Of a stretch of DNA of 64,000 bases, positions 1 through 12,400 are shown in pieces. The DNA is from Takakia lepidozioides. Its lineage: Eukaryota > Plantae > Bryophyta. Every line of letters starts with the position of its first letter. Position 1 is the first letter of the stretch. The stretch is taken from contig CM060733.1 of NCBI GenBank assembly GCA_030704615.1, positions 22,816,001 through 22,880,000 of the forward strand, given 5' to 3'. Both the position numbers and the translations under genes were made by a program. The notes beneath the pieces were generated by a model. That model worked only from the letters and a program-made list of their open reading frames with translations, did not search any database and was not told the origin of the DNA.

Positions 1-525
1 CACTCATAAAGCAAAGCCAGGATGAAGATGCAGAAACAAAGCGAGGTAACGAAGCGAAAGCAAAAAAGAAATCGAACAAACCGAAAGCAGAAGTGGCTTG
101 CCTGAGAGTACTCGGCTTCAGTTGGCGCAGGTTGTGAGCAAGACACTGGAATCTCCTGCTGGAGCTTCAGTTTGGCCATGCGAGAGATTGGCCGTCGTCC
201 GTAGTACAGAGCTTTCAACTTCCGCCGCGGTCTGGATCTGAGGTCTCTCTCAGGAGAGCCACGCCCTTCAGGCGGCATAAGTCCCAGCCAAAAAGATCTC
301 CTTTTTGGGGTACATGCCTGGAATACCATGTTAAGCCAAGTATAGCATGAGATTTAGGGTACGTGTCCAGGAAGCCATGCGTCGCCAGCCCGAATAATAA
401 GCGACGGCCGTCGACATTTATTGCCCAACTGCGCAATTAAATGTCGGATGAAGCCCTCCATGTCGGAAGAAAATAGACGAAAAACAGTCCGGTATTTCCC
501 TCACGCAGGTAATCGGAAGCGCCCG

Positions 526-1620
526 GATGGAAATCCGGCGCCGAATTTCCATCCGCGCAGGTAGGGCGGTGCGCCAAATTTCCTTCAAGCAGGTAATTGG
601 ATGCGCCCGGAGGAAATCCGGCGCCGAATTTCCATCCGCGCAGGTAGGGCGGTTCGCAAATTTCCTTCAAGCAGGTAATCGGATGCGCCCGGATGGAATC
701 CGGCGCCGAATTTCCATCCGCGCAGGGGTAGGGCGGTGCGCCAAATTCCTTCAAGCAGGTAATTCGGATGCGCCCGGATGGAAATCCGGCGCCGAATTTC
801 CATCCGCGCAGGGGTAGCGGGCGCCAAATTTCCTTCAAGCAGGTAATTCGGATGCTCGCGGATGGAAATCCGGCGCCGAATTTCCATCCGCGTAGGTAGG
901 GCGGTGCGCCAAATTCCCTGAAGGAGGTAATTTGCGGCGCCGGATGGAAATCCGGCCCGAATTTCCATCGCGCAGTAGGCGGTTCGCCAAATTCATTCAA
1001 GCAGGTAATTCGGATGCTCGCGGATGGAAATCCGGCGCCGAATTTCCATCCGCGTAGGTAGGGGGTGCGCCAAATTTCCTTCAAGCAGGTAATTCGATGC
1101 GCCGGATGGAAATCCGGCGCCGAATTTCCATCCGCGCAGTAGGGCGGTGCGCCAAATTTCCTTCAAGCAGGTAATTCGGATGCTCGCGGATGGAAATCCG
1201 GCGCCGAATTTCCATCCGAGGTAGGATAGGGCGGTGCGCCAAATTCCCTGAAGGAGGTGGTAATTCTGCGCGCCCGGATGGAAATCGGCGCCGAATTTCC
1301 ATCCGCGCAGGTAGGGCGGTTCGCCAAATTTCCTTCAAGCAGGTAATTCGGATGCTCGCGGATGGAAATCCGGCGCCGAATTTCATCCGCGTATGAATAG
1401 GGCGTTGGTGCGCCAAATTTCCTTCAAGCATGTTAATATTCGATGCGCCCGGATGGACTCCGGCGCCGCGAATTTCCATCCGCGAGGTAGGGCGGTGCGC
1501 CAAATTTCCTTCAAGCAGGTAATTCGGATGCGCCCGGAAATGGAAATCCGGCGCCGAATTTCATCCGCGCAGGTAGGCCTGTGCGCCAATTTCACCCTGA
1601 AGCAGGTATTCGGCGCCGAA
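526..1620. repeat. Tandem array of ~13 units of ~83-85 bp, each with near-palindrome GGATGGAAATCCGGCGCCGAATTTCCATCC plus a GCAGGTAATT motif
   Basis: Unit starts at about 526, 609, 691, 776, 860, 941, 1022, 1104, 1187, 1276, 1360, 1451 and 1536. Confidence 0.95.
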
Positions 1621-2800
1621 TTTCCCATCCTGCAGTTATTCGAATCGTGGATGAATGGAAATTCGGCTCCCGAATTTCCATCCTGCCTGTTAGTCGGATC
1701 GGTGCCATTTGATGATCATCGGCGTCCGAATTTCCATCCTGCAGTAATTCGAATCGTGGATGAATGGAAATTCGGCGCCGAATTTCCATCCTCGGTACTT
1801 CGAATCGTGGATGAATGGAATTCTGCCCGAATTTCCATCCACAGGTAATGTCGATCGGTTGCCATAGGATATGCGTCGGCGCCGAATTTCCGTTCGCCAT
1901 TATTTCTGAGCGAGGAATTCCTGCGGCAGGAATTCCCATATAGAATTACCACCTTCGTGCAGGTAATTCGCTACAAGATTACCTTCGTGCAGGTAATTCG
2001 CATACAGAATTACCTTCATGCGAGGTAATTTCCAGATGAGAATTACCTTTGTGCAGGTAATTCTGTGACCGAGGGAATAAACATCGATTGGAAATTACCC
2101 TGCAGGAAGGTAATTGTCATCTGGAAATTACCTGCACGAGTTCTTCTTGTAGGCGAATTCCTGCACGAATGTTAATTCTTCTATATGGGAATTAACCTGC
2201 CGAAGGTATATTCCCCCTTCAAAATAAAATGCGAGTGGAAATCGGCGCCGAATATCCATACGGCACGATCCGCTTACCTGCTGGATGGAAATTCGGCGCC
2301 GAATTTCCATTCATCCACATTCGAATTACCTGCAGGATGGAAATTCGGCGCCGAATATCCATATGGGACCGATCCGACTTACCTGCTGATGGAAATTCGG
2401 CGCCGAATTTCCATTCATCCACGATTTCGAATACCTGCATGATGAAATTCGGCGCCGATATCCATCATGCAAACCCCGATCGACTTACCTGCTGGATGAA
2501 TTCGGCGCCCGAATTTCCATTCTCCACGATTCGAATATTACCTGCAGGATGGAAATTCGGCGCCGAATATCCATATGGCACCGATCCGACTTACCTGCTG
2601 GATGGAAATTCGGCGCCGAATTTCCATTCATCCACGATTCGAAATTACCTGCTGGATGGAAATTCGGCGCCGAATATCCATAGGCACCGATCCGACTTTA
2701 CCCTGCTGGATGGAAATTCGGCGCCGCGAATCTCCATCCATCCGGAATTCCCACTTACCTGCTGGATTAAATTCGGCGCCGAATCTCCATCCGGGGGATG
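1620..2800. repeat. Palindrome array GGAAATTCGGCGCCGAATTTCC with ~52-55 bp spacing, around a central AATTACC/GGTAATT-rich hub (1900-2210)
   Basis: Palindrome starts at about 2287, 2339, 2391, 2551, 2604, 2657, 2712 and 2766. The companion motif reads GCAGGTAATT left of the hub and (A/C)TTACCTGC right of it. Confidence 0.9.
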
Positions 2801-3470
2801 GTCTCTGTCGGAGAGGTTGCCCCTCTCCGCCGCTCTGTTGGATATTCGGTGCCGAATTCCGTCCCTGGGGTTGAAATATGACTGCCAGGTTCCTTCCGAC
2901 CTCTTTCCCCCCTCCCCCCTCCCCCCGCTTTTCATTGGAACGGCCCCGAATTGAAATTCGGCGCCGTTTTCTCATCTGTGGAGGTTTTTATGTCGGCCAG
3001 TTTTTCGCTCTGACCCGCCGACAACACTCTCCTTTGGGGGGCCCGGATGGAAATTCGGCGCCGAATGGCCCGTCCAGGGGATGTTCTCTGTCGCACACTG
3101 GCCGGCCTCTGTGCCCCAGGCGACTTCATCCGGGCGTCCCCTGTTCGATATTCGTTGCCGAATTTCCGTCCGGGGGTTGAAATGTGACGCCAACTGCAGG
3201 CCACTCCCCCCTCCCCGACTGCATCCGAATCGCCCCGGATGGAAATTCGGCGCCGTTTTTCCATCTGGGGATGTTTTTATGCCGTCCAGTTTTCGGCCTG
3301 ACCCCCCGACACGACTCCCTTGGGGGGACCGGATGGAAATTCGGCGCCGAATCTCCATCCAGGGGATGTTCTGTCGCACACACTCCGGCCTCTGCGCCCG
3401 AGGCGACTTCATCCGGGCTTCCTCTGTTGATGTTGGGTGCCGAATTTCCATTCGGGGGTAGTAAATGTGA
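2780..3470. repeat. Longer (~290 bp) diverged tandem units carrying the same palindrome, just upstream of the transposase
   Basis: Repeated blocks (gggatgttctctgtcgcacac..., gaaattcggcgccgtttt..., gtgccgaatttcc) recur at about 2780, 3070 and 3350. Confidence 0.75.
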
Positions 3471-3757
3471 CGGCACGGTGCCGGCTTATCCCCTTCAGCC
3501 GTCATCATCCGGACGGCCCCCCCACTTTCTGACTGCATACCGTTGGCAGTTATTGCGCAAAGACGAGGGGCCGCATTCCGGAGACAAGGTTCATTAACAC
3601 TCTGACTGTGGATTTTTGAGATAGTTGGCTCCCTGGATTTGGATCAGGCTCGTCGCTCGGATACAAATCGGCATCGCATTCATTCCCATCGCTGCACCCC
3701 CTTCTACCAGGGAGCTTCCCCGCACGCCATCCTGGCAGTCTTGTGTGCACATCTCCC

Positions 3758-6700
3758 ATGGCGGAAAACCCGAGCGCTACAGTGTACTGCCCCTCCTCAC
3801 GAGCATAGAGCTTCATTTCCGTGCAGAGGGACACCTGCCGGGTGATGGAGAAATATCTGTGCGTTCGATACCACCTGAAACCGGGGTCGGTTTTTTTTGG
3901 AGGAGGAAAGGAAGGACTCAAACGGCCTTGTTGTCGAGAGTATTGTTGTGCTCCACGATGATTTCGGCGATGGCAGGGAATGGCGAGTTCCACCATCGGA
4001 CAGCGTCATATACAGGGCTGTTGGGGACTTCATTTGCCCGCCAAATGCACCGTCTATCCTGGCGCCTTCCACGAAACAATCCGCGAATCAGAGAGTGGGT
4101 ACCTCAAAGAGAGAAGTCCGCAACGAAGTAAATCCAGAGCCGAACCCATCCATGAAGACGACGAGAACCGGGTTGTTCACAACCTGTCCGACTCAGACGA
4201 GGTCATGGAAGTTCCGAGGTCGTCCTGGAGATCAGGCAAGTCCTCAATGGACGTCAGTGGAGGAGGGAGTCATATTCCCAGCACGAGCACCGCAGTTCGA
4301 TCTATTCTAGAAATTCTGCGAGGGCTTCACCTGGAGGGACACCGGTCGGAGCTGGCCGGGCTGGACTACAGCAAGTTCGCAATTAAATCGGTTACATGCC
4401 TTCCGCCGACGTCGACGGTAATGTCTTCTTTGAGTTCCCTCCTCGGGCGGACTACTCGAGGGCGTCCGGAATGTTGACAGATATGGATAGAAAACATGAC
4501 GGTCATCCTTGGTGCGTTACCTTACCAAACCCCAGCATGAAGATGCTTGATGGTGTGCGGGTGCGCTACGTTGTTTGTGCGGGCGCGTTGCGGTGTTTCT
4601 CCCCAACTTGCTTCCACTTTAAATCCAGAGGTCACAGGAACGAGACCGATTGGACAGGCACAGCTCACCAACCATTTCGAGCTCAGGAGAAGGTTCCGAA
4701 CTCCACATTTAAGTGTGCGCATTGCAAAGAACCACCACACTGCATGTCTGTTTGTAATGCCAAGCAGTTCTATGTGTTGCATGCACCGTTTCCCTGACCT
4801 CACCCGAGCTTGCATACACGTTGGTTCCCATTGTCACAAATTGGCGAGGGGAACTCGCGGGAGGCTGCCCACGAAGCAGAGCAGCTCGTTCAGGAGGAGG
4901 TTAAGTTGAGACCGGGTGCCAAACCCAAACAGATACAGCTCCAAGCCGCCCATAAGATGGCATTGGCCAGAATTATGTCGGAAGACGGCTCGGATAGAGT
5001 TCCTCTCGACGAGAAGGAAATGGAGGCATTGCTCGAGTCGGTGTCCCACGTATGTTCACCGAATGTCCGAAACCACATTGTCTCTTGCAAACAGAAAATT
5101 GGGCGTGGCTCGGATATGCACTCCATTCTGGAGGTGAAGCGACGATGTGGATATGACTACATTCATGGAAGTAGGTTTCCAGGACAAGGGACTGAGGCAG
5201 ATCGTTGTTTCGTATTCAAAATGTCCACGTGTGGACCTGGCAGTGGCGTCGAACTGGTCGACAGGATGACGAGTGGGAACTTGTCAAACAGTTGGGTCAT
5301 GTTCGACCATATCAAGCGAATTACAAATCACCAGTGGGTGACAATGGGTGCACATGTCTACGACACCCACTGCAGGATGCTAATGACAATTGCTATTTGT
5401 GAGATGAAAGGAGAGGACACACAATCGGAGATGCTTCTTTGGCAGGGAATAAACGAACAGATGGCCAAGGCGGGATTGCCCCTCCCAATTTCCGTGGTTT
5501 CATGGCGGACAACGCACAAGCAAATTGGGCTGCCATCCGAAGGTTGTACGGGCAAGACCCCAATGTTCCCATGGAAGGCAAGGAGAGATCTTGTGGGTTC
5601 CACTTTCTGCAGAGCCTTTCGCAGTACACAACCAGGCTCGTGGCGCCAGATTTCAGAGAGGAGCACCGTTCCATGTGCCTTGCGTGGAAGCGCGCTCCCA
5701 CCTTGGATGATGCAGAGACACAGTTTGCATGCATACGGGCTTGGTGGACATCGTCAGGTGCTGTAAGGAAATCAGACGAAGGAGCAATGGTCAGTTGGCT
5801 AGCATGGTGGCATTATCGTTTCCTCCAGTTCGGCGACTATATGCGGGAGGTGAGTTGCACGAATTCGCGTCCCGTTGGATATTATTCTTGGCCATATTTG
5901 TAACTTGCTTGTAACCTCAACATGTGCTTGTGCAGGAAATGTGTCTCGACTCCGACACCGACATGCCCACGACAAACATGGCCGAATCAGTGCACTCTTC
6001 CTGGCGTGCCTCCTCTGCGGCGCATCTGGTGGACATCCTCACTGCCACAACGGAGGACATTGTGAGGTCAATTATGCAGCAATGCAGGTACAACGAGTTC
6101 TTGAAAGGGAAACAGTGGGGCTTGGGGCCGGACAGGCAGGAAATGCTGATGCGGACTGCCTCCAGATCGAAGAATCCTCGGAAGTGGGCGGCGGCCTTGC
6201 GAGAGGGCCTTCGGGACACGCCATTGCTGCGAAGAGGCCAACATTTGGAAGGAGATGTTCATACCCGTCCAGTGAGACGAAGACTTGACGAGGCACCTGG
6301 CGGAGAAGAGGATTCATGGCGAGCTGACAAGAATATTCGCACGCTCCCTCGTGGTCCGGTGATGTTGTCCGAGGAGGTCTCGTCGAGCACCGGAAGTCCT
6401 GCACGTTCAAGATCGCCATCTCCTTTGAGCACAGGGCGCGTGCCCGGCAACATAACGAGCCATCTGTAGTAAAGCAATACAACATTCCCATTGTGGAGAC
6501 AAGAGTGTCGGAGTCACAGTGGAGAATTGCGAGGACATTGCCGGCATTTCGAGGGAAGTGTTGCGCCATCCGGGTGGATACGAGAGCACGCTGTGGTGAG
6601 ATGATTCGGAGGAACCCACACGGTGCTGTACCTGCACCTTGTTTCAGCGGCAGATTTTTGACTCCCACATTTGCTCACGCCACAACGCAGACATTTTGGT

Positions 6701-7353
6701 TCTGTAGGCACGACATAATGACCTGTGTATTTGGCAAGCCCAAGTACGGGATTCAGGGAATGCCGGAGCCTCCGGGCGTCTGGCCTGTTGCACCGGGTTG
6801 CAGCCTCTCTCTTAGAATGAGGCGGATGCTCTATCTGCAGCAGGATTTCGAATGGTGCAACGCACAGACATCCCGGCCCACGCATTTCCGGTTCCTCAGA
6901 CCCAGCCATTGCATACTGCTCGGTCCAGTAGAGACGGATTGGACAATTCTGCACATCCCACAATGCGATTCGGAAGAGTGAAGAGACGACACCCTCCCAA
7001 CAAGTTGAATGAGACTCGGATTGCCAATGCTCTTGGATGGCTTGCACTATTCAGAGCTCCGTGGACGTACCCCCACCCGGCCTTGGGCGTGTGTATCGGA
7101 TGGCAACGGCCGGCTCGGCTGTACGCGACGATGTATACACAATTACGATTGGAGTGGAGCCGACTTGCAACTGTACGGACTTCTCGTTGATGGAAGCAAA
7201 GAAGGGTTCGAAGTATTATCCGTGCAAGCATCTGTATTACATTACCTGAAGAGGTTGAGGATGAACGTGACTATTGATGACTTTATTCATGCACCGGCGT
7301 TGAGCGTGAACGAGCTGCACAAACTCCTTCTTAGGGATTCCAGAAATCATTGA
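3758..7353 (+). pseudogene. MULE transposase (GCM-like Zn domain + DDE + SWIM), several frameshifts; intron 5850-5935
   Basis: Motifs across frames: HPW..CAG.L.C...C..CAHC..C..HVGSHCH (WRKY/GCM fold); WVMFDH (D1); FRGFMADNAQA (D2); RSCGFH (CxxH); TTNMAES (E); PTCNCTDF..PCKH (SWIM). Collinear with the copy at 33721-37326. Confidence 0.88.
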
Positions 7354-7509
7354 TGGGGCAAACGGAATCCTCCATATGGATATTTTCAAATGCATTTTGC
7401 TGTATCAGACTTTTTTTTTGCAGTGTAATGAAATGCACCCCAAAACTCCTGGAATGAGGCAATATTCATTCAAACTGAGATCCAACAGAAGCAGTTCTGG
7501 GGCCATTTC

Positions 7510-7870
7510 TGGAAAAATGGCGCCGAATTTCTCTTTTTGGGGCCGAAAACTCGCTAAGTCTCCAACATGCACTGGTACCTGTGTTTGGGAAAATGGCGCC
7601 GAATTTCTCTTTTTGGGCCGAAAACTGGCTAAGTCCAACATGCACTGGTACCGTGTCTGGAAAAATGGCGCCGAATTTCTCTTTTTTGGGCCGAAAACTG
7701 GCTAAGTCCGAACATGCACTGGAAAAATGGCGCCGAATTACCTGTCATGAGGGGACCTATAGCCGCGGAATTCGGCACCATTTTTCGCCAGAGAGACCTA
7801 TTGCCGCGAAATACGTCGCCGTTTTTTCAGGTTACGGACCCTATTACCGCGAAATTCGGCGCCATATTTG
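7510..7870. repeat. Sub-terminal palindrome-variant array (AAAATGGCGCCGAATTTC, ~76-bp units)
   Basis: Copies at about 7514, 7590, 7663 and 7725, with degenerate copies at about 7768 and 7851. Confidence 0.85.
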
Positions 7871-8044
7871 CACATGTCGCTAGGAATTGGCATGAGCGGA
7901 AGACAAAATATCATGAGCACAACTGTCAAAAGTGCAATTTTCCCTTCAAGGGGCCGAATAATATATTTGTTTTTTCTGACACATTGCATTAAATTATTGT
8001 TTTTTATTTTTTTTTATTTTTTTTTATTTTCGAAATTTGTACTT

Positions 8045-8121
8045 CTGCTCATGAAAACCGATTGTGTTACTACTCTGCTCATGCCGCTCATGCCGCTCAT
8101 GCTCATGAAATAGCAAACCTC
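8045..8121 (-). repeat. Terminal inverted repeat of element A with GCTCATG sub-terminal repeats
   Basis: tgctcatgccgctcatgccgctcatgctcatgaaatagcaaacctc; matches both ends of element B. Confidence 0.85.
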
Positions 8122-9335
8122 CAGCCAAGTCCACAGCAAGGTTCTTGTATGAGAACATAATTTCACGATTTGGCTGTCCCTTAGAATTTATCAGTGATCA
8201 GGGAAGTCACTTCATTAATGAGACCATTGAATTATTGACTAAAGAATTCATGATTGTGCATAGGAAGAGTACAACATATTACCCACAGGGTAATGGACAG
8301 GCAGAGGCTACCAACAAAATACTATGTACTATCTTGGCTAAGATAGTCAATGCAAACAGAACGGATTGGGATACAAAGCTGTTGACAGCTTTGTGGTCAT
8401 ACATGACTTCATATAAAGTCACCACTAAGTATACACCATTCCAATTAGTTTATGGTATGGAAGCCTTACTTCCAGTGGAATTCCTGTTACCTACCATGAG
8501 AACGGAGTGGGGAAAGAGAATGGAATTGCAAGATTCCATTAAGATCAGGAAACATGAATTATACCATGTGGAAGAAGTACGTGCTGATGCAGCTGATAAT
8601 ATGACCAGAATTCAGATGAAGAGGAAGAAACAGTTTGATGAAAACAAGTTAAAAACTTTTAAGACGGGAGATTTGGTTCTATGGTTGCAGAAGAAGGGAA
8701 AAATTAAAGCTTCTAAGCTTAAATCACCATGGAAAGGACCTTATGTCATACAAAAGATGTATGATAACAACACCGCCATGTTACAAACCATTAACAAAGA
8801 AATGCTGGGAAGAGTCAATGCCAATAAGTTAAAGGGATACAGTGGTATCCATGACAAACCATTGCAGCATGATTTGCATGTTGAAACGCAAGAGCAGTCA
8901 CGGGCTGCGCCAGTGTTACCAACGGAGTATAAAGCACTTGTCGCTAGGCCAAGCATATATGACCAGGGCGGGCAGAACAAGCGTGACACAGCCTATCACA
9001 GCCCATCAAGGCGAAACACAGCCTATCACAGCCCAACACGACGCAACACAGCCTATCACAATCTACCACAGCGTGTCACAGCCTATCACAACTTACCACA
9101 GTGCATCACAGCCTATCACAGTGTACCACAGTATGACACAGCCTGTCACAGCTCAACACAGCCTACTAGGGTTACACGATCCATAGAATCAGTGACAGGT
9201 GGACGCACAATAACTTCAGGAAAATGGACGGAAGAAAGGACGGAAACCAGTTTAAAAATAGACACGTGGAAGTCAGGGCGCGACACACAGCTGAGAAAGA
9301 AGTGCAAGAACAGGTGTCATCAAGAAAGAGGATAA
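8122..9335 (+). pseudogene. Ty3/Gypsy integrase (core and GPY/F region), 5'-truncated by element A
   Basis: AKSTARFLYENIISRFGCPLEFISDQGSHF..YYPQGNGQAE..TPFQLVYG..KLKSPWKGPY. Confidence 0.93.
8985..9162 (+). repeat. 30-bp tandem repeat (about 6 copies, ACAGCCTATCACA core) encoding TAYH repeats at the integrase C-terminus
   Basis: Translation reads DTAYHSPSRR NTAYHSPTRR NTAYHNLPQR VTAYHNLPQC ITAYHSVPQY DTACH. Confidence 0.9.
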
Positions 9336-9454
9336 GAATGGCCGTCAAAGTACCTACTTAGCGTGTCAATTCGGATGAATGGCGGGCCCATTAATGAATA
9401 CGAAAAAGAGGAACGGAACAAACGACAAGTACAGAAAAGCGAAATTCTTGTCAC

Positions 9455-12400
9455 ATGTGTGATCATAGTGGACAATCCAGCAGGGAAAGTCCACTAAAGA
9501 AAATTAAATTTAAAATCCAGTCACAGCGGTTACAGCCAATCGAAAGCCAAAAAAAGGATCAAGAAATTAGAGAGAATTTAAGCGCAAGAGTCGGCGTCGT
9601 TCTAAATAACGGACGTCTCGACGGGACAGACCATCAATGCTATAGCTTTGAAGCTATGGAGGAACTAACAGACTATACGCTCGCAATATTACTTACGCCG
9701 TGGCATAGACACGAAAGAACAGAGCAGAGCTTTTCTCTTGATCGATGCTTGCAAGCCTCGTAGGCTTACAAGAAATTACCCATAGCTTTTTGTGGCAACC
9801 ATACGTTTATGCTTTGTGCACTACAGGCATTTCTTCAATTGTTACAGCCAAAATATTTCTGTGGGTCTAGAATGAAGAGAGTGAGAGGAATGGAGGAAAT
9901 CAGGATGAAGAGCACCACAATTCTGCAGAAACAAACGATTGCTACCCCACAGGCGATACAGATACTGAAGGAGCTGAGATTGCAAGGATTGCAAAGCAAA
10001 GATTGGACATTTCACCATAGACAGTATATGTTACAATTCTTACAGAACTTTGAGCCAAGGACATGAGCAACAACGGTGAAGGGAGTTGAATTAGTAATTA
10101 CTCCCCTATACCTACAGCAATTGTTTCGATTGCCAGCAGGCCAGGTGCATGTGGAGGAGCACAGGGCAAGACTGCAAATAAGGGACTTATTCCAAGAATG
10201 GAGTTTCTTTAAAACTCAGGGTTATGCTTGTACCAAGGCCGTGTACCCAGGGCTTAAGGAGGTAGGCCAGGTATTGAACGTTCTGTTTGCCATGAAACAG
10301 AACCAACAGTATTTGAGCAGATCCTTCACAGAGGAAATACTCAAAGCCCTGAGAGGAGAAGAGGTAGAATGGGCGGACATAATGTACAACGCACTGATAG
10401 AGGAGATGAAAAGATTACAGGGTACTGCCGCAAAGTCTCATATCATAGTGTCTGGCCCAATCATTACTCAAATAATTCTTGATTCTGGCATCCTTGATGC
10501 TCGAGAAATAAAGGAGATGGGAGTGTTTGAGCCAGAAACCACTGCAATGGAAGAGCAAGGCTCTTCACACAGTGAGAGTGGAATGGCAGGGCAACACGAG
10601 AATAAGAGACAGAGGCGGGGAAAGACTGTAGTGGCGGATCCACTGGCTTCACGGAATCCGCACGATAATGTTTCCCAAGTTTTTGTGCAGGAAGGGGCAT
10701 AGCAGCACAGAGAACTGCTATTACTAGAAGCAGGACCTTCAGAGAGGGAAGAGGAAGTTACTTCAGTATCACAGCCATCGCAGCCAGATGATCGGCTTGT
10801 CACAAGGTTACAAGTTGTCCATGCAGCTCAACCAGAAATAATTGATTTGGAAAAAGAAGGGTTAGATATTCCAACTACAGAACAGATAGTGGCAGAAATT
10901 GAGAAGGGGGACCTTCTCTATGAATATTCTGGTCTGGTCAAGGAGACAGAGATTCCAGAGGTGCAACAGTTGCCCAAGGAAAATCCTGAGGTGCATATAA
11001 TGCACACACCTGTGTCGGAGGTGCCACAGGTAGAATGTCAAGACACTGCAGCACCAGTGATGGATGAAGTAGTTCAGGAAGAAAATCTGGTGGGACAATG
11101 GCCTGAGTGGTTCGTGAGACATCACACTATTGAGGATCAGGGAGAACAGTCGCAAGCTCACCATGATGACCCTCAACAGGCAATGCTTATGAGTTCCATA
11201 GGCAGGACACTTAATTTGTTGGGGACTTATGTCAAATCCCATGTTCCAACTACCCAATTGACAGCCTTGAGAGAGGAACTCAGGAAAGAGTTTGAGGCTC
11301 GACTAGCCACTGAGTGTGCAAACAAGGTCGATGAAGAGGTCACTCTCAAAATGCAGCAAGACTTGGAGAATACAGAAGCGGCTTTGCAATTGGCCAAGGA
11401 ACAATTGATTGAGGCAAGCCTCGCGCAAGACCAATTGCACAAAGCACATAAGCAACAGCTATACCAAATGCAGGTGAAGCATGAAAGCAAGTTGCAAGAA
11501 GTGAATGCACTACATACGGAGTTGCAGACAGTGCATGACGGGATGGCCATACAATGTGCTACACTTACAACTATGTTTGACCAATCTACAAAAGAAATAA
11601 ACAGTCAAGCAGAAAAATGTATGAAGGCAGAAGCAGAGAATGTTGAGCAAATGAAACTCATTGTCGATATGAAGAATACAATTTGTCGCAATGAGGATAC
11701 TTTCAAGCAATACAGGCAAATTGAAGCTGATCAAGAGAGGCACATCCTGAAGTTGCAACAAACGATCATGGCCAATAGAAATGAAATCTCGGTCACTAAC
11801 AAGGCTTGGAAGGAAGCCAATAATCTACTTGCTGCCTATGCGAATTTGGTTGAACCTCATGCAAAGCGCATGAAGGCTTTACAACAGCAATTGGATGTGT
11901 ACAAACTAAGAGAGGAGCACACTCTCAGAAGAACCACAAGCAACTTGGTGGATAACCACCTTATGCAGGTCTGGTTAGCACAAGGGCCAGTGGAGGGCAA
12001 AGCACCACGAAAGCTCACCCAAAGCGAGATGAATGAGCTCAAACTGCAAGTGCAGAACATTGCCACAATTACTATAGACAATGTCTATAGTAGGATAGCG
12101 GAGTTACAAGAGGATGTAGACGGACTGCAGACTCAAGTGGAGGACCTCACTTCAAATATCGACAAAAGAGTCTATATACCTGAGGAACAGCTAATGGCTT
12201 CTTATTTACAAGCCAGAACTTTGCTTTTCAGTCTTCTTCACAGGAGGTGCAGGAGATGCCAATGATACAAGAGCCAGTGCCACCAGCACCACAACAAGTC
12301 ACTGTGCCAATAGCTGACCCTGTTGTTACTACAACCACACCACAGCCACCACAGTCTGAGGTATGGGGCAATGCTGCTTTTAACCCACCTAAAACTCCAG

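Larger units (their letters stand above)
1..8121 (+). mobile_element. Large Mutator-like (MULE) transposon, element A (left part outside the window)
   Basis: Contains a MULE transposase (3758-7353) and palindrome arrays. The right terminus ...GCTCATGCTCATGAAATAGCAAACCTC (to 8121) is the reverse complement of element B's left terminus GAGGTTTACTATTTCATGAGC with 1 mismatch, and it cuts directly into a Gypsy integrase frame. Confidence 0.85.

Noticed and set aside
437-3538. Many ORFs with MEIRRRISI / GWKFGAEFP / DGNSAPNFH repeats (also MRCRISV / KCGTAFP at 37600-39500 and 45000-46270)
   Set aside because: These are translations of the palindrome arrays. The same peptides appear on both strands and in all frames.
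3758-7353. Programmed frameshifting in the transposase
   Set aside because: Frameshift positions mostly differ between the two copies and many are single-base indels, consistent with decay or assembly error.
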